A stretch of 64,000 nucleotides of DNA. Origin: Tellurirhabdus rosea. Its GTDB lineage: Bacteria; Bacteroidota; Bacteroidia; Cytophagales; Spirosomataceae. The notes beneath the pieces were generated by a model. It ran no database searches and had not been told where the DNA came from. It saw only the letters and a list, made by a program, of their open reading frames with translations. Positions 1-9,248 of this stretch are shown here, one piece after another; the stretch's first letter is position 1, and every line of letters starts with the position of its first letter. The position numbers and the translations under genes were made by a program. Location: NCBI RefSeq assembly GCF_026278345.1, contig NZ_CP111085.1, positions 4,620,282 to 4,684,281 on the forward strand. Reading direction: 5' to 3'.

Positions 1-101
1 ATTGAATGTTGAATGACTGATTTGCTCCGCAGGCCTGAATTAGCGGAGCCATTTAACCATTCAACCTATCAATCATTCAAAATTCAATCATTCAAAATTC
101 A
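1..101. repeat. composite intergenic hairpin element (5′-truncated by the window): ttgaatg/attcaa repeats around the core tttgctccgc–N12–gcggagcc
   Basis: attgaatgttgaatgactgatttgctccgcaggcctgaattagcggagccatttaaccattcaacctatcaatcattcaaaattcaatcattcaaaattcattcaa. It overlaps the stop of the 99..947 gene. Confidence 0.7.
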
Positions 102-947
102 TTCAACGCACAAATACTGAAACGTCTGCTGCAGCTTCCTCGGTCCGGTGGTGTTTCCGGTGAGGTCGGTGGTGATTTTGATGGGGTTCTGGAAGGCGTC
201 GAATTCCGGCTCGACGGTGGCGGCTTCGCGGAGGATGCGCTGGCCGCTGCGGAAACTGTAGCGCTGGTAACCCGACAGGCCCGTGCGCTGCAGGAACCGG
301 CAGGGGTACGGGTCGGCCGGGTTGGTCAGGGACAGAACGGCCAGCAGCGTGGCCGGACCCACGTCCGCATAGGGCGAGCGGCGGCCCGTCTGATCGAACG
401 AAAACTGCCATTCTTCTTCCGTCGCGCTGCCGTTCGAAGCGGTCAGCGTAACCCGCTGGATCTGCACGTTCTGGTCTTCGTTCGGCTGGAACCGAAAACT
501 CCGCTGCTGATAAGGCGCACCCGCCGTACCCGGTTTCCAGACTTCCAGAATACGGCTCAGAGAGCCGCCTTCGTATTCCAGGCTGCACCCGCCCCGTTCG
601 TTATTGCCGAGCATGTAGGCCACTTTTGCCAGCTGGTTCGAGGCGTTGTACTGGAAAATAAGCTGGTTGGCCGGGTTGTGCACGCTGACCGCCCGCACGG
701 CCGTGGTGCCTTTGTATTCGATGACAAAACTGCTGTCGCGACCGGCGAGCTGATGGTTGTACTGAACGGGAAGGCCCTGCGCGTTGTAGGCAATCTGCTG
801 GCGGGTGGTCGAAAGGACCACACCCTCCGCCGTCAGCTGCTCGGTTGATTGGGTAAGCTGACAGACGCGGTCCGAAAGGGTCGTCTGTGGCGACTGGCAG
901 GCGGCGGCAAACAACAACAGCAAAAAAGACTTTCCGTTCTTTAACAT
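99..947 (-). CDS. hypothetical lipoprotein
   Basis: N-terminal signal peptide with lipobox (LLLLFAAAC). No recognisable catalytic motifs. Uninterrupted 282-aa ORF. Confidence 0.5.
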   Translation of the reverse strand: MLKNGKSFLLLLFAAACQSPQTTLSDRVCQLTQSTEQLTAEGVVLSTTRQQIAYNAQGLPVQYNHQLAGRDSSFVIEYKGTTAVRAVSVHNPANQLIFQYNASNQLAKVAYMLGNNERGGCSLEYEGGSLSRILEVWKPGTAGAPYQQRSFRFQPNEDQNVQIQRVTLTASNGSATEEEWQFSFDQTGRRSPYADVGPATLLAVLSLTNPADPYPCRFLQRTGLSGYQRYSFRSGQRILREAATVEPEFDAFQNPIKITTDLTGNTTGPRKLQQTFQYLCVE

Positions 948-996
948 GGGCCGGGATAGGTTGCGGGACGATTAACCGCAAATTATAAAATTATCG

Positions 997-1003
997 TATT
1001 TTG
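997..1003 (+). promoter_or_regulatory. candidate Bacteroidetes-type −7 promoter element (TATTTTG matching TAnnTTTG) upstream of the McrB-like gene
   Basis: The motif TATTTTG lies 26 nt upstream of the ATG at 1029. This is pattern-based only. Confidence 0.25.
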
Positions 1004-1028
1004 AGCATTTACGACGCCAGGATGTCCG

Positions 1029-2603
1029 ATGGGGTACGAACAACAAGAACAGCAGTTACTGGAAAAAATACGGGAAATAGACCAGCCAGAGGCCGTCCGG
1101 CGGTTTTTTGGTTTACTGAAGGAGTTAATCGACATCATAAACTTACCGAATGGCGACCCCCGACTGGCCTTTGTCGCCCGAAAAGACCCGGCCATTTCGG
1201 CTTCCATTAATTCCTTTCTGGGCCTGCGGCTCGTCAAACAGGCCCGGAGCGAGGCGGAATACTGGCTGACCGTCCGGAAGGAATTTCGCGAACCGCTTCA
1301 GCATCTGGACGGGGTGGATTTTAACCCGCTGAGTGCCAAGTCGGACTATGTTTCGGTCATTATCGGACAGTCGCAGGCCGAATACCTCGGCAATCAGGTG
1401 CTGCGCAAATGCTGGCACGACGGGCTGCTCGAACTGGTGGAATCGGCCAAACGGGGACCCCATACGCTGAAGCACAACCCCGCCATTTTCCGGGCGGCCG
1501 AAGACGAAGCGTATCTGGCCGAGCTTCTGCGGCTGGCGGGCGACCCCCGGCTGGCCGAATCCCGGTTCGAGGTGGCTGAGGCTGCCCCGGCCTACGGCGC
1601 GGATGCTCCGACCCGGCCCGACATTCCCCAGAACCTCATCCTGTACGGCCCGCCGGGAACGGGCAAGACCTACACGGCCCGGCAACTGGCGGCTCCGTTT
1701 TCGTCGGACACCCTGACGTTTCACCCCTCGTTCAGCTACGAAGAGTTTCTGGAGGGCATCCGGCCCGAATCGCGTGGCGGGCAGGTAAGCTACCGGGTTC
1801 GCAAGGGCGTTTTCTACGAATCCTGCGAAAAAGCGGCCCGGCTGGCGGGGTATGCTTCGCTGCCCGACTGCCTGGCCGACACGCCCGCCCGCCGGACCGA
1901 GCGCCTGGGGGCTGCGCCACCGCATCTGCTGCTGATCGACGAGATCAACCGCGCCAACATTTCCGCCGTTTTCGGAGAACTCATCACGCTGCTGGAACCC
2001 TCCAAACGCCTCGGGGCGGCGGACGAACTGCTGCTGACCCTGCCGTACTCCGCCGAACGGTTCGGCGTGCCGCGAAACCTGTACGTCGTGGGCACGATGA
2101 ACACCGCCGACCGCTCGATTGCCCTGCTGGACATTGCTCTGCGGCGGCGGTTCGCCTTCCGCGAAATGCTGCCCGACGCGGCCTTGCTGCCGGTGGTCGA
2201 GGGGGTCGATCTGGCGGCCTTGCTCCGGACGATCAACGAACGCATCGAATTCCTCTACGACCGCGACCACCAGCTCGGGCACGCGTATTTTCTCGGGGTG
2301 CAATCGCTGGCCGACCTGGCCGGGCTGTTCCGCAACCAGCTGATTCCGCTGTTGCAGGAGTATTTTTTCAACGACTGGCGCAAAATCGCGCTTGTGCTGG
2401 GCGACAACGCGGCCCGGGGCAAAAAGCCGGAGGAAAAGTTTATTTGGGTAAAAAAAGCGTACTCAGCACCTTTAACCCGCGAACTCTTCGGCGAAGAACC
2501 CGACGCCTACGAAGACGTTACGTTGTACGAAATCAACCCGCAGTTGCGGAACGGAGAATTCGACGCCATTCCCCGGGAAGCGTTCCAGCGGATTTACACC
2601 TGA
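1029..2603 (+). CDS. mcrB: McrB-family AAA+ GTPase (5-methylcytosine restriction system GTPase subunit-like), with an ~195-aa N-terminal domain of unknown type
   Basis: Walker A motif LILYGPPGTGKTY. Motif FHPSFSYEEFLEGIRP. Walker B motif LLLIDEINRANISAVFGEL. GTP-specificity motif VGTMNTADRS. Arginine finger LDIALRRRFAF. Together these are the signature motif set of McrB/COG1401. Confidence 0.85.
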   Translation: MGYEQQEQQLLEKIREIDQPEAVRRFFGLLKELIDIINLPNGDPRLAFVARKDPAISASINSFLGLRLVKQARSEAEYWLTVRKEFREPLQHLDGVDFNPLSAKSDYVSVIIGQSQAEYLGNQVLRKCWHDGLLELVESAKRGPHTLKHNPAIFRAAEDEAYLAELLRLAGDPRLAESRFEVAEAAPAYGADAPTRPDIPQNLILYGPPGTGKTYTARQLAAPFSSDTLTFHPSFSYEEFLEGIRPESRGGQVSYRVRKGVFYESCEKAARLAGYASLPDCLADTPARRTERLGAAPPHLLLIDEINRANISAVFGELITLLEPSKRLGAADELLLTLPYSAERFGVPRNLYVVGTMNTADRSIALLDIALRRRFAFREMLPDAALLPVVEGVDLAALLRTINERIEFLYDRDHQLGHAYFLGVQSLADLAGLFRNQLIPLLQEYFFNDWRKIALVLGDNAARGKKPEEKFIWVKKAYSAPLTRELFGEEPDAYEDVTLYEINPQLRNGEFDAIPREAFQRIYT

Positions 2604-2618
2604 CAGAACCGCATCGCC

Positions 2619-3659
2619 ATGAAAGCATTAGTCTTAACCGAATACAATCATTTTGAACTTCAGGACCTGCCCCGTCCGACGCCCGGACCGAACGATGTCC
2701 TCGTCCGCGTGCAGGCCGTCGGCATCTGCGGCAGCGACGTGCACGGCATGGACGGCAGTTCCGGCCGCCGCATTCCGCCGATTGTGATGGGTCACGAAGC
2801 TTCGGGCATCGTGGCCGAAGTGGGCGCGGAGGTCAAAGGCTGGCAGGTCGGCGACCGGGTCACGTTCGATTCGACCGTCTACGCCCTCGACGACTGGTAC
2901 AGCCGCCGGGGCATGTACAACCTCAGCGACGGCCGCGAAGTGGTGGGCGTCTCGACCCCGGATTTCCGGCGTCAGGGCGCTTTTGCCGAGTTTGTGACCG
3001 TCCCGCAGCACATTCTGTACGCCGTGCCTGACAACGTGAGCTTCACACAGGCGGCGCTGGTGGAGCCGGTGGCCGTGGCGTTGCACGCCCTGAGCTTGAC
3101 ACCGATCCAGGTCAACGATTCGGCCGTGGTGGTCGGGGCGGGGATGATCGGGCTTTTCGTCATTCAGGCCCTCCGGCTGGCGGGTTGCGGCCGCATCATC
3201 GCCGTCGATCTGGAAGATAACAAGCTCGAACTGGCCCGGCAGCTCGGCGCGACCGATACGCTGAACCCCAAAACCGACGAGGTGGCCGCCCGCGTCCGCG
3301 ACCTGACCCACGGCCGGGGCGCCGACGTGTCGTTTGAAGTGGTAGGGGCCGGGCCGACGGTGGCGCTGGCCATCGACTGCGTCCGGAAAGGGGCGACCGT
3401 CACGCTGGTGGGGAATCTGGCTCCGAAGGTCGAAATTCCCCTTCAGGCCGTCGTGACGCGGCAGTTGCGGCTTCAGGGTTCCTGCGCCATCAACGGCGAA
3501 TACGAAGCCGCTCTGGCCTTGATTTCGTCCGGCAAAATCAACGTCGAGGCCATCCTGAGCGCCGAAGCCCCGCTGACCGAAGGGGCCGAGTGGTTCCAGC
3601 GGCTGTACGACAAGGAAGCCGGACTGATCAAGGTAGTGCTGAAGCCGGGAGGGAATTAA
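2619..3659 (+). CDS. Zn-dependent medium-chain alcohol dehydrogenase (threonine/sorbitol dehydrogenase-like)
   Basis: GICGSDVHGMDG…GHEASGIV zinc-ADH motifs. Rossmann motif VVGAGMIGL. 346 aa. Confidence 0.85.
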   Translation: MKALVLTEYNHFELQDLPRPTPGPNDVLVRVQAVGICGSDVHGMDGSSGRRIPPIVMGHEASGIVAEVGAEVKGWQVGDRVTFDSTVYALDDWYSRRGMYNLSDGREVVGVSTPDFRRQGAFAEFVTVPQHILYAVPDNVSFTQAALVEPVAVALHALSLTPIQVNDSAVVVGAGMIGLFVIQALRLAGCGRIIAVDLEDNKLELARQLGATDTLNPKTDEVAARVRDLTHGRGADVSFEVVGAGPTVALAIDCVRKGATVTLVGNLAPKVEIPLQAVVTRQLRLQGSCAINGEYEAALALISSGKINVEAILSAEAPLTEGAEWFQRLYDKEAGLIKVVLKPGGN

Positions 3660-3770
3660 GAGTTATGAGTTAAGAGTTATGAGTTAAGAATGAATGATGA
3701 AAGCTTTGCTCATTCAGGGCTCTGACAAGGCGGAGCTTTCATTATTCATCATTCATTATTCATTCTTACT
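3659..3770. repeat. composite intergenic hairpin element: tandem gagttatgagttaa/gaatga repeats in inverted arms around the core tttgctc…ggcggagc
   Basis: Direct repeats gagttatgagttaa ×2. Palindrome gaatgaatgatgaaagc…gctttcattattcatcattcatt. It overlaps the stop codons of the two convergent genes. Confidence 0.7.
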
Positions 3771-5131
3771 TTTCCTGCCCATTCCAGTATCGCCGGGAAC
3801 AGATCGGCTACGGTCTGGCCGGGCTGGCGGGTTTTGTAGAGCCGGAGCAGTTCCTGGTCGAATTCGGCAAAGCGGCTGAAACCCCGGTTGCCGACCATGT
3901 TTTCTTCGGTTGCTTTCCGGCGGTTTTCGGCGGTTTGGGCGTCGAAGATGTCCGAGAAATACAGCGTCACGAGGGCGTAATTCATGTATTCCGCAAAACA
4001 GGTAAACGGGTCCTGGTAGTGGTCCGAGGCTTTCCCGGCGGTCCAGAACTTCAGATTTTCGAACGCCTCCTTGATTTGTTTATCGTACCGTTCGGCCTCC
4101 GGGTTGAGGTAGTTGTGGTTCAGTTCGGTGAAGATAATGACCATGCGGATCGCCTGCTGTACTTTCGGAGTGGCCGATGACTTCGGGTTTTTGTACGGAA
4201 AATTTACGTGCGCCTGCGCTTCCTTGTACCCGTTGTTTTCAAACCGGTTCGCGGACTGGTTGTAGGCCACCAGCGGGGAGAAAATTACCCTGATTCCGTC
4301 GTAACGCGTTCGCGGAAACTGCGCTTCCAGCCATTTTTTCATCGAAGCCACGTCGATTTCGCGGCGGTACTCGTCGGTCAGGCTCGTATAATACGGCCGA
4401 TGCTGCCGGTAAAACTGCCGGAAACCCGAGGTGCGGGCGAAGTCCGCCAGCAGAGGCAGCGAGGGACTGAGCGTGTTTTTATCTTCCCAGCTAATCCGGT
4501 CGTAGATGCCGCCGTTGACGAGTTTATCGCCCTGAAAAACAAAGGCGTAACTGTCCATTTTGAGCGAGTGATAGCTTCCGGCGGCCAGCATCGAATCAAG
4601 CCGCTGCACCGCGGGATGTTGCCGCCAGGGGGCAAAATGCTTCTGCACTTCTTCGTAATAAGGCGTTTTGTCGTAAATCAGATTCTCGTCTTTCCGGCTT
4701 TGGGCCGTCAGCGCAAACACCACGTTCAGCAGTTCGTATACCTCCGGGATTTCGACGGTGGTTTTGCCGCGGTTTGCTTTCTGGTACGCTTCCGAAAAAA
4801 TGGCCGCTTCGGGAACACCCAGAAAATGACAGGTCAACGTGTCGCCTTTGGCTTGCCGGACAATGCGGAAGACCGTCGTTTTTTCCGGATAAAGCAGAAT
4901 CGAAATGGAATCCTGTTCGGAAATAAGCTGTACGGCCGAGCCGGTTTTCCGGGCGGTGATGCTGAAATAAAAAGGGTTAGGGGTTTCGTTGATTTTGCTG
5001 AACCGCCCTTTCTCGCCGTTTAACCGAATCCAGACAAAATCTTCCCTGGTGCGGACGGTCGGAATCGACGACTGGGCAAACGCAGAAAAGGCTCCCAACA
5101 GAGCCAGAAAAAGAGAAAAGGGAAAACGCAT
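3749..5131 (-). CDS. secreted hypothetical protein (signal peptide; possibly DUF4932-like)
   Basis: Signal peptide MRFPFSLFLALLGAFSAFAQ. 460-aa ORF with no diagnostic motifs. The family assignment is a guess. Confidence 0.5.
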   Translation of the reverse strand: MRFPFSLFLALLGAFSAFAQSSIPTVRTREDFVWIRLNGEKGRFSKINETPNPFYFSITARKTGSAVQLISEQDSISILLYPEKTTVFRIVRQAKGDTLTCHFLGVPEAAIFSEAYQKANRGKTTVEIPEVYELLNVVFALTAQSRKDENLIYDKTPYYEEVQKHFAPWRQHPAVQRLDSMLAAGSYHSLKMDSYAFVFQGDKLVNGGIYDRISWEDKNTLSPSLPLLADFARTSGFRQFYRQHRPYYTSLTDEYRREIDVASMKKWLEAQFPRTRYDGIRVIFSPLVAYNQSANRFENNGYKEAQAHVNFPYKNPKSSATPKVQQAIRMVIIFTELNHNYLNPEAERYDKQIKEAFENLKFWTAGKASDHYQDPFTCFAEYMNYALVTLYFSDIFDAQTAENRRKATEENMVGNRGFSRFAEFDQELLRLYKTRQPGQTVADLFPAILEWAGKVRMNNE

Positions 5132-5287
5132 GGGGATGGCTGCTAAAAGGGCAAGATAAAAAAAGATTTGCTGCGTATAAAGAAGCAGCGTTCCGGTTGT
5201 CTGGTTATTTTAGGTGAACAGCAATCGCCCCGGAAAGGGGGCAATGACCGCTTTCAGAAAAGAGCACCGCTGAAGCACCAAAACACT

Positions 5288-6412
5288 ATGCGTACACTGC
5301 TTTGCTTTGTGGGTTTGTGGAGCCTGTTGCCGGGTCGTTTGTGGGCGCAGCCGGACAGCGTCGGCAGCATTCAGCGCCTGGAAGCAGTGGTCCAATCGGG
5401 ATTCATCATTCCACATTCCAAAGAACTGCGACCCCTTGCCCAGACCGAACCCGTAGGTTTTGAGCTGACCTACAGCCGGGTGCGGCCTGACCGACGGGCG
5501 TGGGACGCCTGCAACTGCTTCGCCCGGACGGGGCTGTATCTCTCGTTCGTCGATTACAACAACCCCGCCGTATTAGGGCAGATGCTGAGTTTGGGCGGCT
5601 TTTTCGAACCGTTGCTGGCCTACCGCGGCCGGGCGGGCGTATCGGTGCGGGCTACCGGCGGACTCGCTTACCTCAGCCGCGTACACGACCCGGTGACCAA
5701 TCCGGACAACGTCTTTTTCAGCTTGCCCGTGAGCGCGCTGCTGGGGCTGAGCCTGCACCTGTCGTACGCCCTTTTGCCGCAGCTCGACCTGACGGCGGCG
5801 GCCCATTACAACCACATTTCCAACGGCGGCATCCGGCAACCCAACAAAGGCATGAACTTCCCGACGCTGGCCGTGGGCCTGGCCTGGCAACCCCGCCGGG
5901 TCGTTTTTCCGGACTACCGAAAAGACAGGCGACCGCTCGAAAGCCGCTGGGCGGGGCGAGTGCAGGTCTTCGGCTCGGTGAATGTGCTGGCGGCCACCGA
6001 CCGCTTCCCGGAAGTGTCCAGGCCGCTTTTCGGCACCGCGCTGACCGGACTGTACCGGCTGAACCGCTTCCACGCCCTGAGTCTCGGCACTGAGGTCGTC
6101 GCCGATGCCGCCGTCCGCGAACGCATTCGCCGGGATGGGTCCGACCGCCGTTTCGGGCAGGTGGGGCTGCTGGCCGGGTACGAACTGGCGCAGGGCCGTT
6201 ACCGGTTCGGCCTTCAGTTTGGCTACCAGGTGTTCCATCCCGGCACGCCCTATTCCGACCGCTTTTACCAGCGCTACCAGCTTCTGTACGCCGCCGCCCG
6301 CCGCCTCGAACTGGGCATAGGTCTCCGCGCCACCGGCCACGTCGCCAAGGGCTTCGACCTGCGGGTTGGCTGGGCACTCGGTCATTCAGTCAATCGGTTA
6401 ATGACTGAATGA
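5288..6412 (+). CDS. outer-membrane acyloxyacyl hydrolase / lipid A deacylase (PagL-like)
   Basis: The start is moved to the Met preceding the signal peptide (MRTLLCFVGLWSLLPGRLWAQ). The PagL-type catalytic motif HISNGG is present. β-barrel-like alternating pattern with C-terminal aromatic residues. Confidence 0.5.
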   Translation: MRTLLCFVGLWSLLPGRLWAQPDSVGSIQRLEAVVQSGFIIPHSKELRPLAQTEPVGFELTYSRVRPDRRAWDACNCFARTGLYLSFVDYNNPAVLGQMLSLGGFFEPLLAYRGRAGVSVRATGGLAYLSRVHDPVTNPDNVFFSLPVSALLGLSLHLSYALLPQLDLTAAAHYNHISNGGIRQPNKGMNFPTLAVGLAWQPRRVVFPDYRKDRRPLESRWAGRVQVFGSVNVLAATDRFPEVSRPLFGTALTGLYRLNRFHALSLGTEVVADAAVRERIRRDGSDRRFGQVGLLAGYELAQGRYRFGLQFGYQVFHPGTPYSDRFYQRYQLLYAAARRLELGIGLRATGHVAKGFDLRVGWALGHSVNRLMTE

Positions 6413-6432
6413 TTGATTGACTGAATGACTGT
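6379..6432. repeat. intergenic hairpin of gaatga/tcattc repeats spanning the stop codon of the PagL-like gene
   Basis: cattcagtca…tgactgaatg inverted repeat followed by attgattgactgaatgactg. It lies between convergent genes. Confidence 0.5.
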
Positions 6433-6438
6433 TGGGGC

Positions 6439-8697
6439 TTACCAGAAATAGGTCCAGCTGAGGCGGGCGAAGAAGGGGGTTCCGGGGGTGAAGTGGATTT
6501 CGTCTACCGGGGCGGATTCGTTTGGCAAACGGCTCTCGGTCGCAAACTGGGTTTCTTTCCAGCGCGTGTTGAACAGGTTCTGGATGGCAAGGCCAAACTG
6601 GTAGCGGGGCCGGGCGTAGTTGACCTGCAGATCCGTCACAAAATACCCTTTGGCGACGAGGCTGTTGTCTTCGTTGGCGGGCCGGTGGCCGAGGTACCGG
6701 TAACGCAGCGAGCCGCTGAAACCCGTTTTGCGCTGGAGCGACAGGCCGCCCGTGGTCGTCAGGGTCGGGGCGAGTGGGAGGTAGGCGGCACCCGACTCCG
6801 CGCCGATGGCCCGCGGCCGGGCGGTGTTCAGGTCCAGGTCGGCGTAGAGATTGCCGGTCAGCTGGTAGCGGGCCGAGAGGTCCAGACCGTAGCGCCGCGA
6901 CCGCCCGCTGGGTTCGACCACGCCCTCGTCGCCGACATACACAAACTCCTGTTCGAGCCAGAGATACCAGAGCGCGGCGTTCAGCAGCAGCCGCGGGGTC
7001 GGTTTGGCAATAACACCCAAATCCGCGCCGTAGGCGGCGGGCAGCACCTGGCGGCCTCCCTGCGGTACCACCACGCGGGTATCGTTGGAGTGAAAACCCC
7101 GGCCGGTATTCAGGTACACCTGAAGCTGCGGCAGGGGCGTGTAATACAGATTCAGCTTCGGCGAAACGATGGCCGTGCCGGTGGCCTTCCGGAGAGCGGG
7201 CTGCGGGAGCAGGTCTTCGTACTGATTCCGGAAATAATCGACGCGCAGACCGGCATTGAGCGTAAAGCGGTCAGAAAAGCGGACGAGCTGGTCCACGAAC
7301 GCCCCGGCATTCAGTTCGTTGATGTGGCCCAACTGCTTCCGCTCCAGCACCTCCGTGCGATTTTTCGTGCGCGATAATTCACTGTTTTGGGTCAGGTCGT
7401 GGCGGTATTGCAGTCCGGCGGTGGTGATCACTTGGACGTTGCCCAGCACGCCGCTGCGGGAAACCGAGCCGTTGTAGCCAAACAGATGACGGCCTTCTTT
7501 CTGCCGAATCTGGTCGCCGTTCAGCGAATCGGTCAGGAAAAACGTAAAGTTGGAATACAGTTCGAAGTCGTATCGGCTGTAAAAAAGCTGATTTTTGAGG
7601 GTCCAGTTGCGGTTCGTGACCGTCACGAGCTGCGCGTTGAGGTTGGTCCGGGCCGTCTGACCGCCTTCGGTCGGGTCGATGGCTCCGAAAAAGCCGATCA
7701 GCCCCGACGCCACCGCCCGGTCGGGAATCTGGCCCGAATGGTTCCACCGGCTCCAGAAGGTCGAGCCGGTGAGGGTCAGGTGCGAGCGGTCGGTGAGGTG
7801 GCCGTGGTAGCGCCCCTGCACGTTCAACCGCTGGAATGCCTGCGGATTGTCGAAATACGAATCCGAATAGGAATATTCCGAGGCGAGGTAGGCGGACTGG
7901 TTCCGGGCCTTACCCCGCTGGCCCAGCAAATCCACCCCGGCCACCGCCCGCCAGGTATTGTACTGGCCCGCTTCCAGCTTGACGAAGCTCCGGTCGAGCG
8001 CCGTTACGGTGCGGAAATCCACCCAGCCCGCCGTCGTGAAATTGCCTTTTTCGGCCTGATACGGGCCTTTTTTGAAATCGGCGCCGGCCACCAGCTCCGG
8101 GATGACAAAGTGCAGATCGGCATAGCCCTGCCCGTGGGCGTGAGACACCATGTTGACCGGCATGCCATCGACCGTCAGGCGAATGTCAGTGCCGTGGTCG
8201 AGGTCGAAACCGCGCAGAAAAATCTGCTCGGCCTTGCCGCCGCCCGCGTGCTGCCCGATGAAGAGTCCCGGCACCAACCGCAGAATTTCCTGCGAATGGG
8301 TGACGGGCCGGAGGCGGATGTCGAGGCTGCTGATGAGCTGCTGGTCATGGGCCCGCTGCGCGGAAACGACTACTTCGCCGAGGTCGATGGGCGCGTGGCG
8401 GAGTGCGGTCCGGACCGAGACGGTCTGGTCGTCGCCCACCGCGACGGATACCGTACGTGGGCTGAAGCCGAGATGCGAAAATTCCAGTCGGTAGGTGGCC
8501 GCTACCAGCCCGTCGAAGCGGTATTGCCCGAGGTCGTTGGTGAGTCCCGCCTTGCCGAGCCCGGTGAGCTGGACGCTGACGCCGGACAGGGGCAGACCGG
8601 TGGCCTCGTCGGTGACAGTGCCGGAAATACTGCCCAGGTGTGCCCAGGCCGGGAGCATACAGAGACTAAAAAAAAGGAACAGCAACAGTCGCTTCAT
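6439..8697 (-). CDS. TonB-dependent outer-membrane receptor with N-terminal carboxypeptidase-regulatory-like domain
   Basis: Signal peptide. CarbopepD_reg-like segment (ISGTVTDEATGLPLSGVSVQL). Plug and barrel regions. C-terminal aromatic residue (…SWTYFW). 752 aa. Confidence 0.85.
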   Translation of the reverse strand: MKRLLLFLFFSLCMLPAWAHLGSISGTVTDEATGLPLSGVSVQLTGLGKAGLTNDLGQYRFDGLVAATYRLEFSHLGFSPRTVSVAVGDDQTVSVRTALRHAPIDLGEVVVSAQRAHDQQLISSLDIRLRPVTHSQEILRLVPGLFIGQHAGGGKAEQIFLRGFDLDHGTDIRLTVDGMPVNMVSHAHGQGYADLHFVIPELVAGADFKKGPYQAEKGNFTTAGWVDFRTVTALDRSFVKLEAGQYNTWRAVAGVDLLGQRGKARNQSAYLASEYSYSDSYFDNPQAFQRLNVQGRYHGHLTDRSHLTLTGSTFWSRWNHSGQIPDRAVASGLIGFFGAIDPTEGGQTARTNLNAQLVTVTNRNWTLKNQLFYSRYDFELYSNFTFFLTDSLNGDQIRQKEGRHLFGYNGSVSRSGVLGNVQVITTAGLQYRHDLTQNSELSRTKNRTEVLERKQLGHINELNAGAFVDQLVRFSDRFTLNAGLRVDYFRNQYEDLLPQPALRKATGTAIVSPKLNLYYTPLPQLQVYLNTGRGFHSNDTRVVVPQGGRQVLPAAYGADLGVIAKPTPRLLLNAALWYLWLEQEFVYVGDEGVVEPSGRSRRYGLDLSARYQLTGNLYADLDLNTARPRAIGAESGAAYLPLAPTLTTTGGLSLQRKTGFSGSLRYRYLGHRPANEDNSLVAKGYFVTDLQVNYARPRYQFGLAIQNLFNTRWKETQFATESRLPNESAPVDEIHFTPGTPFFARLSWTYFW

Positions 8698-8792
8698 GTC
8701 AGTTTGCGGAAGTGGTAGGCGGGCATTTGAAAGGGCAAAAGTCGCTTCTTTCCGGCAAAAAGAAAATGAAAACGGCGGCGATTACCAGGCGG

Positions 8793-9164
8793 TCAGCGCT
8801 CCGGCCAGAGCGTCACCTGCTTCTGGCCCTCAGTCACCTGTTTGATGAGCGCCTGCTGGTCGGCGGTGCTTAGGCCGCTCATGTCCACCGGGTTGCCGTC
8901 GCAGGTGTAGAGGGCGCAGAAGCTGCACGACATGTACATTTTGTACACCCGGATGTACTGCTGGCCCTTAAATTCGGTGGCGACCACGGTAGTGATGTTC
9001 TCCTCTTTTTTCTGCCGGGCATCGTCCATCTGGGCTTTGAGCCAAGGCAGGTTATTGAGCGGGTCGCGGACGCCGCAGGCCAGGTGGCGGGTAAGACTGT
9101 CTTCATCGCGGCACGACAGGGCGGCCGTCAGCAGGCTAAGGGCCAGGAAAAGTCGGATTTTCAT
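8793..9164 (-). CDS. small Cys-rich lipoprotein of unknown function (paralogue of 13798..14166)
   Basis: Lipobox LSC. Conserved ACGVRDPLNNLPWLKAQMDD, SCSFC and TCDG motifs shared with the second copy. Confidence 0.6.
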   Translation of the reverse strand: MKIRLFLALSLLTAALSCRDEDSLTRHLACGVRDPLNNLPWLKAQMDDARQKKEENITTVVATEFKGQQYIRVYKMYMSCSFCALYTCDGNPVDMSGLSTADQQALIKQVTEGQKQVTLWPER

Positions 9165-9248
9165 AAAGGGGCCGGGTTTTAACCGCCAGTAAGACTCCGC
9201 CGCTGCCTGAACCGTTGGAACGGCGGCTGAAAATCCCCCGGCGGGCCT

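Noticed and set aside
3659-3770. Possible CRISPR array because of short direct repeats (also at 19411..19531 and 29546..29640).
   Set aside because: Repeat units are 7–16 nt, abutting, and with no spacers. They form inverted arms around a hairpin. No cas genes are present in the window.
5168-5287. Upstream extension of the PagL-like ORF (MLRIKKQRSG…).
   Set aside because: The signal peptide begins at the internal Met (MRTLLCFVGLWSLL). The 40 upstream codons lie in the convergent 3′ region of the neighbouring gene and are not protein-like.
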